64,000 bases of DNA from the human T2T-CHM13v2.0 reference genome, Homo sapiens. Where the stretch lies: assembly GCF_009914755.1 (NCBI RefSeq), contig NC_060928.1. One strand, written 5' to 3'. Under the pieces are notes generated by a model. The model was not told the DNA's origin. It was given only the letters and a program-made list of their open reading frames with translations, and did no database searches. This document shows, in pieces, positions 1 to 13,150 of this stretch (positions are counted from its first letter, which is position 1; each line of letters opens with the position of its first letter). A program made the position numbers and the translations under genes.

Positions 1-1854
1 GAGTGGAAGAAAAAATTTCAGAATTTCTATTTCTATTCATTCTACTGTAGATTTTTAAATGTCTGTTTATATGTATTTTTCACAAGGTAATTTATATTAC
101 AACAGTAATCACATATTACATATATGAAGGAAGGTATATAATTTATAAATTAAGGTATATTTAGGATGCATACATTCAAAGCCTTTTACCAATAGACTGC
201 AAGCCTAGGCTTTTGGGTCCCATTGTCCTGAAGGGTACTGAGATAGACAATTATCTTGTCTTCTCTACCATGCATGTATTCACAAAAACAAACACAATGA
301 TGAGGATGGCAGTGATGAGCAAGATCCCCATTGGACTTATAATAAAAACATGTTTATGGGACCTTAAAATACATAACTTTGTACTTATTATGGGGCTTTT
401 AATTTGTACCAATAAAACATTCTATATACCATCCACATTATATAATGTGGACATTCATTGCTAAACAATGGATGAACTGTATGCATAAATCTGCATATAC
501 ATAAATCAGTGCTCCTTTGTGTATTTTAAAGTGAGAGAAATACATTAAGATGGGGATTTTTTATTTTAAAAAAGAAGTAGAAATATAAACCCCAAAAATA
601 AAACAATATATAGCTTGAAGAAGGAAAAAAAAAAAAGAAAGGAGAAGAAAAAAGAAAAGGGGCAAAGGAAGATTCTTTTAAATGCAAGGAACATAAAAAG
701 ATTTCAGGTATTAAATTAGAATGAAAATACCTTCCCTATAAACAATATAAGTGCTGCCAATTGTGCTGAGAGAGAATGAGGTGGAATTGATTGTGCCAGA
801 ATTAGATAAAGCACTAGCTAAACAAAGAGCTTCTGGCATCCTGAGGAAGGAGCCAGAATGTACAAAAAAAGATCAGTTCAGTGGCAGTCAGCCATTAGAT
901 ACCAATGAAGCTAATCCACACCGCTAACTTGTGAACGAAGTAGATTTTCCTCCTTGTCTGTTCTCACAAACAATCATTAATTTTAAGTGCAGCTTAGGCA
1001 GGTGCTCAGAGAGTCCCTACTGTTTTGACATTATGTTGGAGGATTTCCAAGCAGCAAGCTGGTATAGTCCTTGAGTCCCTTCCACTTCGCTGCTTCTGAA
1101 ATTCACTTGCACCTACAGACAGCCAGTCTCCTACCCATAACATTCAGGGGTAGACTAGCTGGCCTGGCATCTAGGGAGGTTCATTTTCAAAAATTTAAAG
1201 CCGAGACGTCTATCAACATATTCAGCAAACGGCAGTAGGAGCATCTAGTCATTGATATAAACTGTCTAGGATAAGTCTGCTAGGGTAATATGATTGCTGA
1301 TCATACTACCTTGATTAATATGATTGTTGATTGTGTTATATGTTGATCATATAACAGTAGCCTGTTAGATCAGCTTCTGTGGAACGAATTTCTGACATCT
1401 TTATGTCCAAGGAGATGTACTATGTAATGTGACTCACTGCCCTTACGACCAATGCAAATGATCTATAAATTTATACTGGACTTAATATACAGAAAGCATT
1501 GAAAAGGAAAATAATTCAACTTTTCCCCGATCTAAACTTTTAGCATTTTAGTTCCCATTCTACATTCTATAGTGCACGAGACTGGATGTCCACTTACTTT
1601 TCTCACCCACTTTGCCTTTTTTAGGGAAGGCAAATAAAAAATAAAAAAGGAAAAGGTTAGAAGCTGTTTCATCTACCTCTTTTCTACCCATCTGAAAGTC
1701 TTGAATAAACAGAAATTATTCCTATGAAGAGCAATAATCCATTTATTAATGCTTATAGTTAAATAAATGCAGATGTCACAAAGGAATTATAAAACCTAGG
1801 TGAAATGTGTTCCCATTGTGCATATTGCACTCACTCACCCCCTAAGGTTTATAG

Positions 1855-2547
1855 ACTAGTACCTGTCTTGGTGACAGATCCTCCATGGCCACTGCAAGCT
1901 TTCTAGGTGGTGAGCAGAGAGTGCAGCCACATGAGGAACCATCTGTAACATAAAGACATCTGCCAACTCTCTCCTCAAGATTTGGTGAGGACCAATGACA
2001 GTGTATAGAGCAATTCAATTTCCTTGGAAAGAAAGACCTGTGAAGTAAGAGTACATTTATTGTCCCTTGGTGTTAGCAGGTAGCTGCCTCCTACCTACCC
2101 TATGTGGATATGCCTACAGATGCATAGATAGAATAGGTGGATTGCCTACTAACATGGAAGATTAAATGACAAGGTTAGAAACAAAAACCAAGCACTATTG
2201 TCTCCTAATGCAGGTAATGTGTCTTCAGTTCACCAGAGGAAAGAGACGGATGTATCAAGGTATAGAAAGCTTGAATTCCTTCTCTAAATTTCACATACTG
2301 AGAAATCTTATCAGTTATAAAATCTACCGGATAAAAATCATCTGGTAAATGGATAATATATTTAAAAAGGAAAAAAAACTTGAGAAATTAGAAGTCACTG
2401 AAGAGAACAATTACATTTCACTTTTAAGACATCTATTAGAAAATAAAATATAAGCCAAAAATTGATAAAGAAAAATTACTTCAATTTCAGCTAGAACCCA
2501 GACTACATTCTTTTATAAGCTTTGAGACTATCACATTTAAAGATAAA
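1855..2547 (+). repeat. Left arm of ~690-bp inverted duplication
   Basis: Runs ACTAGTACCTGTCTTGGTGACAGATCC...GAGACTATCACATTTAAAGATAAA and aligns end to end with the reverse complement of 4348-5038. About 38 differences by hand count. Confidence 0.97.
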
Positions 2548-3989
2548 GTTATATTCTTTGAAATGGAAACTTGAGGAATTGTGAATGCAATTGGCCCTCT
2601 GAGTTTAAGACATTCATGTCTTGAATTTTAATTCCAATTTTACAGCTTGCAAGCTAATGCCATAATGGACATGTTTTCCTCTCTATTTAGAAGGGAGGAG
2701 GAAAGGGAAAACTACATATGGCATCACTGGAAACAAGCCAAGTGGCAGGGTGCTGGGGAAGGAATTGGCAGCCACACCATCTGAGAGATCAAACTGGCGA
2801 CAACTTTTGTTGCATTTCAAAAATAAGATGTGGCATAGTATGACAAGTACAAACTTTTTAACAAAAGCAGTGAAAATCATTTCACTCCCTCCCTTTTTTT
2901 TGCAATTATCATTCTAGCTTTCTAAATGTTCCCATTTGATTTCAGCTACATTGCTATTTTGGTATAAATGTCAAGAAAGTCTTAAAGACTATATTTTTCT
3001 AATCTTGGAAGATGCATCAACTTTTTTTGAGAAAACAAGCTTCTAAAAAACAAAGAGAATTTGGAGGTGACTTCTGCATGATTAAAAATGGAAAATATCA
3101 GAAGGAATCATTGCTAAAGAAAACCAAACTGGCTATTTAAATTGTTAGCATTCTACAAGGCCTATAATCTAGTCCATGATACTTGAACATAATGGCCCCT
3201 TTTATGTGAGGTCCTTGGAGCATCTCCAAAGCAGTCATCTCTTTAATCTCCAAACTATTGCTGCAATATAGAAAAGAAGGGCTGTCTATCAAAGCCCCAT
3301 TTTCTAGATAGTAAACTCTCAAGTGCAAGAAATGTAAGTCTTATTTGATCTATTAAAAAAAGAAATGGGTGTTGGATCTGAACTGTGTGAGCTCAGATTG
3401 TTACATATGGCCTTATCCTCTAACTCTTCACATTTCCATCCATGGATGGATGGGGAAAACTTATACTTCCCTCCCCAGGAAGGAAATGTGTTGGAGGAAA
3501 TGTATCTAGTTACTTTCTCCCCTCCCATTCTTTCATTCAGTCTTTCCCTAGAGAGGAGGAATGGCTCATTTTAGGAGAAAGGCCCTGAGCAGGTGTAGAT
3601 CAACCCCTCTGGGTGCACTCTCTGATCTAGCCCCCCTCTCAATACAAACACTCTTCTCTGTTCCAAGTTATATTTCCATCAGGACAGGCTCTGCCTAGAA
3701 AGGACAGAACCCTGGAGTTTAAGGTGGAAAAATTGATTCAGTTGGGGAAAGAATAGGAATTCTGATTTTGGTTGCAAATTTAAGCAGAATCTCCTAATCT
3801 AGCTTTATTAGTAATGAAGCTGTTGTTCTGGTCCTTTACTAAGGTCCTTTACTAAGAAGAATTATGGGTAGCACTTTATACACCTCCATCAATATGTCCT
3901 GTCATTTGGTTTAAATCAATCCATAAAAAGATGCCCAGTCCACAAGACTTAATCTGTGAAAAAGATGCTAGTAATGACAATGGTGATAA

Positions 3990-4165
3990 TAAGTAGCATA
4001 CTTTGACACTTACCACATGCCTACTCTGTTACCCATAGTTGATTTACATATAATAACTAACTAGATTCTCATACAAATCTATGAGATATAAACTATTATT
4101 ATAATACAGATAATAAACTGAAGCAATCCAGGCTTAATTATCCCTTCAAAGTCACACAGCAAAGT
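3990..4165 (-). mobile_element. MIR SINE fragment
   Basis: Degenerate reverse-strand MIR core (CTATGAGATA...ACTATTATT...ACAGATAATAAACTGAAGC...AAGTCACACAGC). Boundaries approximate. Confidence 0.6.
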
Positions 4166-4347
4166 CTGTTCCCTCCATCATCTTTATTGTCACTAATAAC
4201 ATCGGACATTATCTAACTCTCATCTTCAAATTATCAAGTCATTTTATAATAAGCATTATTTATATTTTTAAAAATCTGTTCACTTTGACTACTTAGCATG
4301 TTGTATTTATGTATCTTTTTTATGGTTGTTTTTTATCTTTTGTTGTT

Positions 4348-5038
4348 TTTATCTTTAAACATGATAGTCTCAAAGCTTATAAAAGAATGTAATCTGGGTT
4401 CAAGCTGAAATTGAAGTAATTTTTCTTTATCAATTTTTGATTTATTATGTTATTTTCTAATAGATGTCTTAAAAGTGAAATGTAATTGTTCTCTTCAGTG
4501 ACTTCTAATTTCTCAAATTTTTTTCCTTTTTATATATATTATCCACTTACTGGATGATTTTTATCTGGTAGATTTTATAACTTAAGATTTCTCAGTATGT
4601 GAAATTTAGAGAAGGAATTCAAGCTTTCTGTACCTTGATACATCCATCTCTCTCCTCTGGTGAACTGAGCATCCATTACCTGCATTAGGAGACAATAGTG
4701 TTTGCTTTTTGTTTCTAACCTTGTCATTTAATCTTCCATGTTAGTAGGCAATCCACCTACTCTATCTATGTGTCAATAGGTATATCCACATAGGGTAAGT
4801 AGGAGGCAGCTACCTGCTAACACCAAGGGACAATAAATGTACTCTTACTTCACAGGTTTCTCTTTCCAAGGAAATTGAATTGCTCTATACACTGTCATTG
4901 GTCCTCACCAAATCTTGAGGAGAGAGTTGGCAGATGTCTTTATGTCACAGATGGTTCCTCATGTGGCTGCACTCTCTGCTCACCATCTAGAAAGCTTGCA
5001 GTGGCCATGGAGGATCTGTCACCAAGACAGGTGCTAGT
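4348..5038 (-). repeat. Right arm of ~690-bp inverted duplication
   Basis: Reverse complement of 1855-2547. Confidence 0.97.
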
Positions 5039-5054
5039 TGTTTTTTATGGTGAT

Positions 5055-5598
5055 TGTATTAGTTCATTCTCAAATTGCTACAAAGAACTACCCGAGTTAA
5101 CGGGTGCAGCACACCAACATGGCACATGTATACATATGTAACAAACCTGCACGTTTTGCACATGTACCCTAGAACTTAAAGTATAATTTTAAAAAGATAA
5201 AAAAGAATAAAAATAAATAAATAAAATGTTTTTAAAAAGTGAAAAAAAAAAAAAGAACTATCTGAGACTGGATAGTTTATAAAGAAAAGAGGCTTTTAAG
5301 TGGCTTACAGTTCCATGGGCTGTATAGGAAGCATGGCTGGGGAGGCCTCAGGAAATTTACAAGGCAAAGGGAAGCAAGCACGTCTTACATGGCCAGAGAA
5401 AGAGTAAGAGAGCAAAATTGGAGGTGCTACACACATTTAAACCACCAGATCTGGTGACAACTCAGTCACTGTTATGAGAACAGCAAATGGGTTGTCCAAA
5501 CCCTTGATTCAATCACCTCCTACCAGGCCCCTTCTCCAACACTGAAGATTACAATTGGACATGAAATTTGGGTGGGGAAACAAATCCAAACCATATCA
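5055..5598 (-). mobile_element. MaLR solo LTR (MSTA/MSTB-like), interrupted by an L1 fragment
   Basis: Termini TGTATTAGTTCATTCTC...GGGTGGGGAAACAAATCCAAACCATATCA. 5-bp TSD GTGAT at 5050-5054 and 5599-5603. Confidence 0.9.
5097..5251 (+). mobile_element. Very short 5'-truncated L1PA 3' end with A-rich tail
   Basis: GGGTGCAGCACACCAACATGGCACATGTATACATATGTAACAAACCTGCACG...CCCTAGAACTTAAAGTATAAT matches the L1PA 3' terminus. TSD AAAGAACTACCCGAG (5082-5096) / AAAGAACTATCTGAG (5252-5266). Confidence 0.92.
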
Positions 5599-5664
5599 GT
5601 GATTTTCAAAAAAAAAAAAAAAAGGTAAATAACAACAATAAAGATAATACCTGAAATTTTTGTC

Positions 5665-5757
5665 CAGGAGCTATATTAAGCACTTATGTCATCTGATATA
5701 ATCTTCAAAGCAATCAAATGAGGTAGTGGTGTTATATCCCTATTTTACAGATGAAGT
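5665..5757 (-). mobile_element. MIR fragment
   Basis: ATGAGGTAGTGGTGTTATATCCCTATTTTACAGATGAAG resembles the reverse-strand MIR core. Confidence 0.6.
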
Positions 5758-5808
5758 TTCAATTTGTTTTCAACATGAAAATATTTGCTATCAAAATATC
5801 TTTAAGTA

Positions 5809-6095
5809 GGCCTTTAATCCCAGCACTTCGGGAGGCCAAGGCAGGAATATCACTTAAGGCCAGGAGTTTGAGACCAGCCTGGGTAACATAGCAAGATCTT
5901 GTCTCTACAAAAAAATTTAAAAACAGTTGATCATGGTGGTGCACACCTGTAGTCCTAGCTACTCAAAAGTTTAAGACACGCGGATTGCTTGAGCCCAGGA
6001 GTTCTGGGCTGCAGGAAGCTGACTACGCCACTGTACTCCAACCTGGGTGACAGATCAAGACTCTGTCTCTTAAACATGAATAAATAAAAACAAAA
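5809..6095 (+). mobile_element. AluJ-like SINE lacking the A-box region
   Basis: Dimeric Alu with AluJ-type GGATTGCTTGAGCCCAGGAG and a degenerate A tail. Confidence 0.9.
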
Positions 6096-6447
6096 TTAAT
6101 TTTATGTATTGGTCAGTCTGTAATGCTTCAGAAAATTAACCCATACAAAATTTTAAGAAAACATATCTTTATATTAAACCACTTAATATAATAAATGCAT
6201 TAATTATCTTTATATCTCAAATCATAATGTATTTTTGCTTTTTGCATATTTAAATCATGAGTCTGATCATAACTTTCTAGTTTTGATGGAACTGGGGGAA
6301 ATTTGAAAGACAAGGTAACTAATGTGTTTTACTTATATTTCACAATAAAAAAATCCCAAAGCCAAGCTTATGTCACCTATTTGCAAGCTCTGAACTCACC
6401 CTCAAAACCTTCTTGGATGTTTTTGCTTAAGAAAAATGTAGCTGACA

Positions 6448-6779
<332 letters not shown>

Positions 6780-8529
6780 TTAGCATAGTAGTTTGGATAA
6801 TTCTGTCATTAAAATATCCTTCTGCTTTTTCCAGAATAAATAATCATCACAATTAATTTTTCTTTTCTACCATTTTTATACATCGCCTTCTAAATGAACC
6901 ATTCTGTCTGAAAGGTTCATTAGCAACATCTAAAAGCTCTACTGATCATTAAATGGCAAGGTAGAATTACCAACAAGGAGGCCCTGGAATAGAGCCAGCC
7001 AAACTGCATTGAAACTTGATAAAATACAGCCACCTTTCTATGCCTTGCACATAATTGGAGCCCAACAAATATGGGCTGATTTGTTGATCCACTGAGTTGG
7101 ATCGGTGGGGAGCATGGATGTGCACAGGATATTCAAGCAGTTCATGGATGATGAGTGAAGTAGGGTACCTACAAATGGGGAGATTAGAAACAAAATGTTT
7201 TTAAAGATATCCTGAAGCAAAACTTCAAACACTCTGTCATGGCTATGGACCACTGAGAAACCCACACAGCAGATGGCTCAATCTAATGCCCGGCTAAAAT
7301 GAAATGGCTGCTTTCACAAAAGTACCAGCTTCCCTCCAATGGGAAGAAACAGCTTCAAATGTAGGGCAGTCTGCATTTGTATAGGGTAGGGAAAGGGCTG
7401 CAACACACAAAAGAAACATTTTCAACTCAAATGTCATTAAAATAAGCAGTTTCTCTAAATTTCTCTCTGCCTCTTTTACTAAACTTATTTATATAAATGC
7501 CTTACTTTATCACTCAAGTCATCAGTAATATCATAGTACACAAATATATTATAGCATAATAAAAAGGACATATATTGAAAAACCTATTCCATAATTCTAT
7601 CTGGTAAAATGTCATATAGATAGGCTCATCACTTTTTCTAGCCTACTTATTTTTTTTAAATCCATATATCTGCTTCATTTACATTTTTACATTAATCCAA
7701 TTATTTCAAAATTGTTGACTATCCGTTATCTACAATAATTGAAATCTAGAGTTAAGCATATTTACATTGCCTGTATCACTCATACTTCCTAATTTTTTCC
7801 ATGAAGTTCTCAACTAAATATTTGGATTTCAAATAAAAATAATTTAATATCACAAAAATTGTCACTAAGGCAGAATTATTAAGTAGGAACTCTCAGCAGA
7901 ATCTCATTTTATCTTTCAGGTTTTTTCTTCCACTTTTCATGTCAATGCCTTTTTTATGTCAGAAATTCTTTCCACCCCCATTGCCCTCATGTTTTCACCA
8001 CCCTCTTTTTACCAAAACTTTTCTTGCTATGAAACCAACTGAATGATGACATGGGAGGGTCATGGTAGCTCCTCCCTTCCCACGAGTGCCAGCCTGAGAG
8101 AAAAGTCAGGAGAGCTGAACACAGCAGGAGAGAAGGAAGTCCAAGGAACCAGAGCAGGAACATTATTTTAGAACCAGGCTGGAAGTGATGCCTGATTCCT
8201 GGTGCACACTACTGCAGAGGCCACAGTGCGCTTGCTGGGCATCCTCAGGGACCATATTGGAAAGAAACTAGTAAAGTAAATTATACTAATGTGTGATTGA
8301 GTTATAATAACTATATCTTTTACACCTCCAAAGGTTAGATAGACTTCAAAGGGGACAAAGTAGTTGGGGTTAAAGTTCGAGAAATTCAAAGAACATCTTT
8401 TGGTTTTCCTGAGGGGAAAGTGTTATATTTCAACACTCCTGGCTCCTTGCCTCCACTCTACTCCTCTCCATAGGAACAGAATATGGTACCTGGTGAGTTG
8501 GTCATGGGCATTATTCCAGTCTTTTCAAC

Positions 8530-8662
8530 TGGGTAGAATAAGTTCTAGATATCTTCTGTAAAATATAGTACCTGTAGTTAACAGGATGTTATAGTACACT
8601 TAAAAAATTGTTAAAAGGGTAGATCTCATGTTAAGTGTTCTTACCACAAACACATACACAGG

Positions 8663-8701
<39 letters not shown>

Positions 8702-8810
8702 GGACTTTTGGAGGCGATGGTATATGCATATGTTCAAACTTATTAATGGTATACATTAAACATATATTTTTGGTATATCAATTATACCTCAATAAAGCTG
8801 TTAAAAAAGA
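8530..8810 (+). mobile_element. Old L1 (L1MA/L1MB) 3' end
   Basis: AATAAGTTCTAG...GGGTAGATCTCATGTTAAGTGTTCTTACCAC...CAATTATACCTCAATAAAGCTG. Confidence 0.8.
8666..8699. repeat. (CA)n microsatellite
   Basis: About 17 AC units inside the L1M 3' end. Confidence 0.95.
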
Positions 8811-9408
8811 ATAATGAAACAATCATGTGAAAAGTAAAGAAAAATATTACCTATTAAGGACTGAAAATTAACAAATTAAGAGACATGTCCCAAGAGCTAA
8901 TTCTTTGAACACATCAATAAAACAGACTGATAGTGTTCATTAGTAAGAGAGAGAGAAAAAGAGGTAGAGAATGAGGGTATAAGAGATTGGCTTTGGAATT
9001 AAAATATTGGAAAAGATATTACAGCATATATCATAAAATACAGACTCTCAGGAAATTAACATAAAATTTTTAAGTAAAAATAATGTAAGAAGCTTTATCA
9101 CATGATACATCAAATTTAAATAATAAATAAAGCAAATGTATAAAATAATTTATTATATTAGTGAGAAAACTGAGTTTAAGTATTAGTGATATTGAGAATA
9201 TCAAAAAATAGAATGGTAGGTTCTCGTATGACATTTTATTCCTAAATAAATTTAAAATGGGTTAAATATTTAAATAAAGAACCATAAATGTATCAGAATG
9301 AGAAATGACTTTTAAATACTTATTTCGAGGTAAAAAATACAGAACATTTGATATTTTAGACTACATAAAAATTGAAAATATTTGTAAAGCAAAAACTATC
9401 AGAAACCA

Positions 9409-9810
<402 letters not shown>

Positions 9811-10231
9811 CTATATTACCAGACTAGGGAAACAAAAGGTATCTTGAATATTAGGAAGTTGGACCTTGCTTCTCCCCTAAAGCCAAAGAAGAAAGGTCTG
9901 AGAGAATCAATTGAAGAAATTGGCATCTTAATCCTTAGTTGAAGGTCTTCTTATGAAGCAAACTGAATGATCTGCACACCAGAGTATTTAAGCAGGAAAG
10001 GAAATGAGAAGTTGAGAGAGAAAGTTGGATGGAAGAAGGGACAGAGCATTGGTAAATTTGTTGTGGAGAAAGTAGACATTATAGAAAATAGCAAGGCTTG
10101 AAATATTGTGTTTGTCTCAAATCGTGAAAGCAGGTTACCAGGCAAGGGGAATCCCAAAACATAGGGCTATATTGACGATCAGAAGGAGAAACTGAAGTGT
10201 GTTTGAAAAAGTTAGCAGGAAGGAGGTCTCC

Positions 10232-10602
10232 TGTAGTAGTCCATTCTACACTGTTATAAAGAACTTCACTCAGACTGGGTAATTTATAAAGTAAAGAGGT
10301 TTAATTGACTTACAGTTCCACATGGCTGGGGAGGCCTCAGGAAACTTACAATCATAGTAGAGGGGGAAACAGGCACGTACTTCTCATAGCAGCAGGAGAG
10401 AGAGAAGTGCAAGCAGGGGAAATGCCAGATGCTTATAAAACCATCAGATCGATTGAGAACTCACTATCATGAGAACATCATGGGGCAAACCGACCCCATG
10501 ATCCAATTGCCTCACACAAGGTCCATCCCTAGACATGTGGGGATTATGGGTATTACAATTTGAGATGAGATTTGGGTGGGGACACAGAGCCAAACCATAT
10601 AA
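10232..10602 (-). mobile_element. MaLR solo LTR (MSTA/THE1D-like)
   Basis: TGTAGTAGTCCATTCTACAC...GGGGACACAGAGCCAAACCATATAA. TSD-like TCTCC/ACTCC. Confidence 0.9.
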
Positions 10603-11739
10603 ACTCCCGTGTCTAGGAACTGAACACCGAGGAGATCTCCTATTGGGATCACATGAGCACCCCAAGAGAAGCAACGTATGGAAGCCTGCCACACAAGAGA
10701 AGCAATAGCTAGCCAATGTTAGCCAAGAGATAACCTAACCAGAACATCTTTCTCTCTCTCTCTTTCTGGCTTCCATTCTATAAGATAAAAAAGAGAGGCA
10801 TGGAGAAAATAAATTTGGAATAGATATATTAGGAGCAGACTTGGTCTTATCCCTACTTCAAGTTCCATAAGAGAAGAACTAGCTAGTACTAAGATAAGAG
10901 GAAATGTGCAATAAATTGGATATGCAATTGTACTTTTAAAAACTGGACTTGAATTGACTGGACTTTAAAAAAAATAACTGAAAATAATGAGGAAGTTGAG
11001 GAACTAGTCAAGATGTCCCTAAGGAATGGAAAAGGGAAATCTGAGAGAGCATAGAAAAAGATAGTTTGATCCCACAAACTTCAGACTGTTCAATAAGCCT
11101 GTTATATGTACCATGGTTCCTAAAATAGTCCATTCCTCTTCACATAGAAATTTCATTTTTGGAATTTATCTGTGGTGACACAAAGAATCGTATTGTCAAA
11201 TCTGACGCTAGAAATCATAGATTTTACCCAATATGAAACTTCACCAATGATTTAAAGAACACAGGTGAAGAATTCTTTCCTTGATGTGATCTGAAACCTT
11301 AAGATGCAGCTTCCAATAAAAAAGGACTTTTTTCCTACCACAATAAGACATCATTTGTCTCCAGGTTAATAGATGAAGCAGTGGAGCAATGTACATATTG
11401 CTCACACAGAAGCCATTTGGGCTACCTCACATAGTTACATGTTGTCCATGACCTTCCTCAGCTAGCCAGCCACCATAAATCTATAAATACCAGTTGCATT
11501 TACAATAAGCAACGTCAACACAATATTTTTCCCCATGAAAAATCTTCATAGATAAGAAATTACCATTATCCTTCTGCTAGTAAAAAAATAATTATTGGGT
11601 TTACTGGTAATTCGTATGTTTACCAAGAGGTAGTTTGCATGTTTGACAGTAGAATTAATACAGTCATTCTTTCTTCCTGGACATCCCTGAGAGAGAGAAT
11701 AGGGTACAGAACTACTGCAAACCCTTTTCTTCCTAAACC

Positions 11740-12060
11740 ATAGTAAAATAATTGGGTAAAATTGCACCTATTTAGGTATAAGGATGTTTTATTCAAGTAA
11801 TTATAAATAACCCAAATAAGTAAGAAATGAAATTTCTTCAAATAAATTGTTCATACATTCATATTATACAATATTCTATAGTCACTATGAATGATAACAT
11901 GTAGAGATATATTTTTGGACATAAAATTATGGCTATGAATGAGAGTTTAGTGAAAAGGTATGTTACAATACAATATACACAGCATGATACAGGATGATAT
12001 GAGTTTATTAGCACTCAAACACGCATATAGAAAAAAACTACAATGCTTCAGAAAATATAT
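11740..12060 (+). mobile_element. Ancient L1ME-type 3' fragment
   Basis: AAGGATGTTTTATTC...AATAAATTGTTCATACATTCATA...TTTAGTGAAAAGG resembles L1ME 3' sequence. Boundaries approximate. Confidence 0.5.
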
Positions 12061-12734
12061 TAACAAAGTTTACGTATAACATTCATCCAGTCAAATAGAT
12101 TTGATTCTAAACTTTAGCTCCTTATAGTTTTATAGATACATAAAGACACATCAAACCCAAAATAGTCTACCCCCCTTATGTATATATGACCTAAAGAAAT
12201 TTTCTTAACCTTACAACTTTTTGCAAAAATATCTGAAAATCATTATAACCCTCCTGCCTTGCCCAGGCTTTGTTATATATGGCTCCTCTCTTTTCCAACA
12301 TTTCCCTATTCATACATATATAATAGCACATATCATATGTATGTTTATTATTTTGCTTGTCTCTTCTACTAAGCTGGAAATTCTCTTAGGCAGGAGCTAC
12401 CTCTATCATCTTGATAATCTATCACAACACATGACATACACAATCTATTATAAACAAAATTTTTTTTCCAGTCTGGAAAGGAAGAAGAAAGAAGATAAAG
12501 AGAGAGAGAGAACTACAGGACATTATACTGTGTATTATGGGATGCAGTACTTATCTGCAGTCTTAAAAATTTAGGTTGGAAAAATAAGACACGGCTATAA
12601 TTTGATTTCCAAATTATGGGACAGAGTTCCTACAGGGTCAGAGTAACTGTTAACCAGACTCTTCTTTTTCTTTCCCCTTCTTATCTTGCTCCTGACCCAG
12701 TCACTCCAGGGGAGGAGGACTACACCCATTACAT

Positions 12735-13150
12735 GTTTGTTCTCCAAGGACAGAAACCCAACTAAGAGTAGTTTAAACCAACAGAGGTTTATTATTCACA
12801 CATTACAGGAAGTCTGAAGGTTAACAGCGACTGGCATTTATTCCTTTTTTCAACATCAACAAGAAACCAAAATCTTTCTATTTTTATGCTGTTCTGACCT
12901 TAGCCCATTGGTTTGGGGCCTTACAGCTGCATGATAACTGCTGAACTTTGAATACTATAGCTACAATTCAGGGAGGAAGAGGTAAAAGGAACAGAGGTAA
13001 AGGGGTATTCTAGGTGAATAGATTACATTTTATCAAGAATTTAAAAGCATTCTGGGAACTTCTACCCAGCTGACAGACATTAATAATTCACTGGACAGAA
13101 GAAGGGTCATAAAACCATAGCTGGGTGGAAAGAAGCTAGAAGGAAGAGCA
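12735..13150 (-). mobile_element. Old MLT1-type LTR fragment
   Basis: ACAGAAACCCAACTAAGAGTAGTTTAAAC...GGTTTATTATTCACACATTACAGGAAGTC is typical of reverse-strand old MLT1 LTRs. Confidence 0.5.

Noticed and set aside
1-200. Possible hAT-Charlie fragment at the window start
   Set aside because: The similarity is too weak to call without a profile search.
1855-5038. Inverted arms as TIRs of a DNA transposon
   Set aside because: There is no TSD around the whole unit and no transposase remnant in the spacer, which contains an ancient MIR. The junction duplications flank only the right arm.
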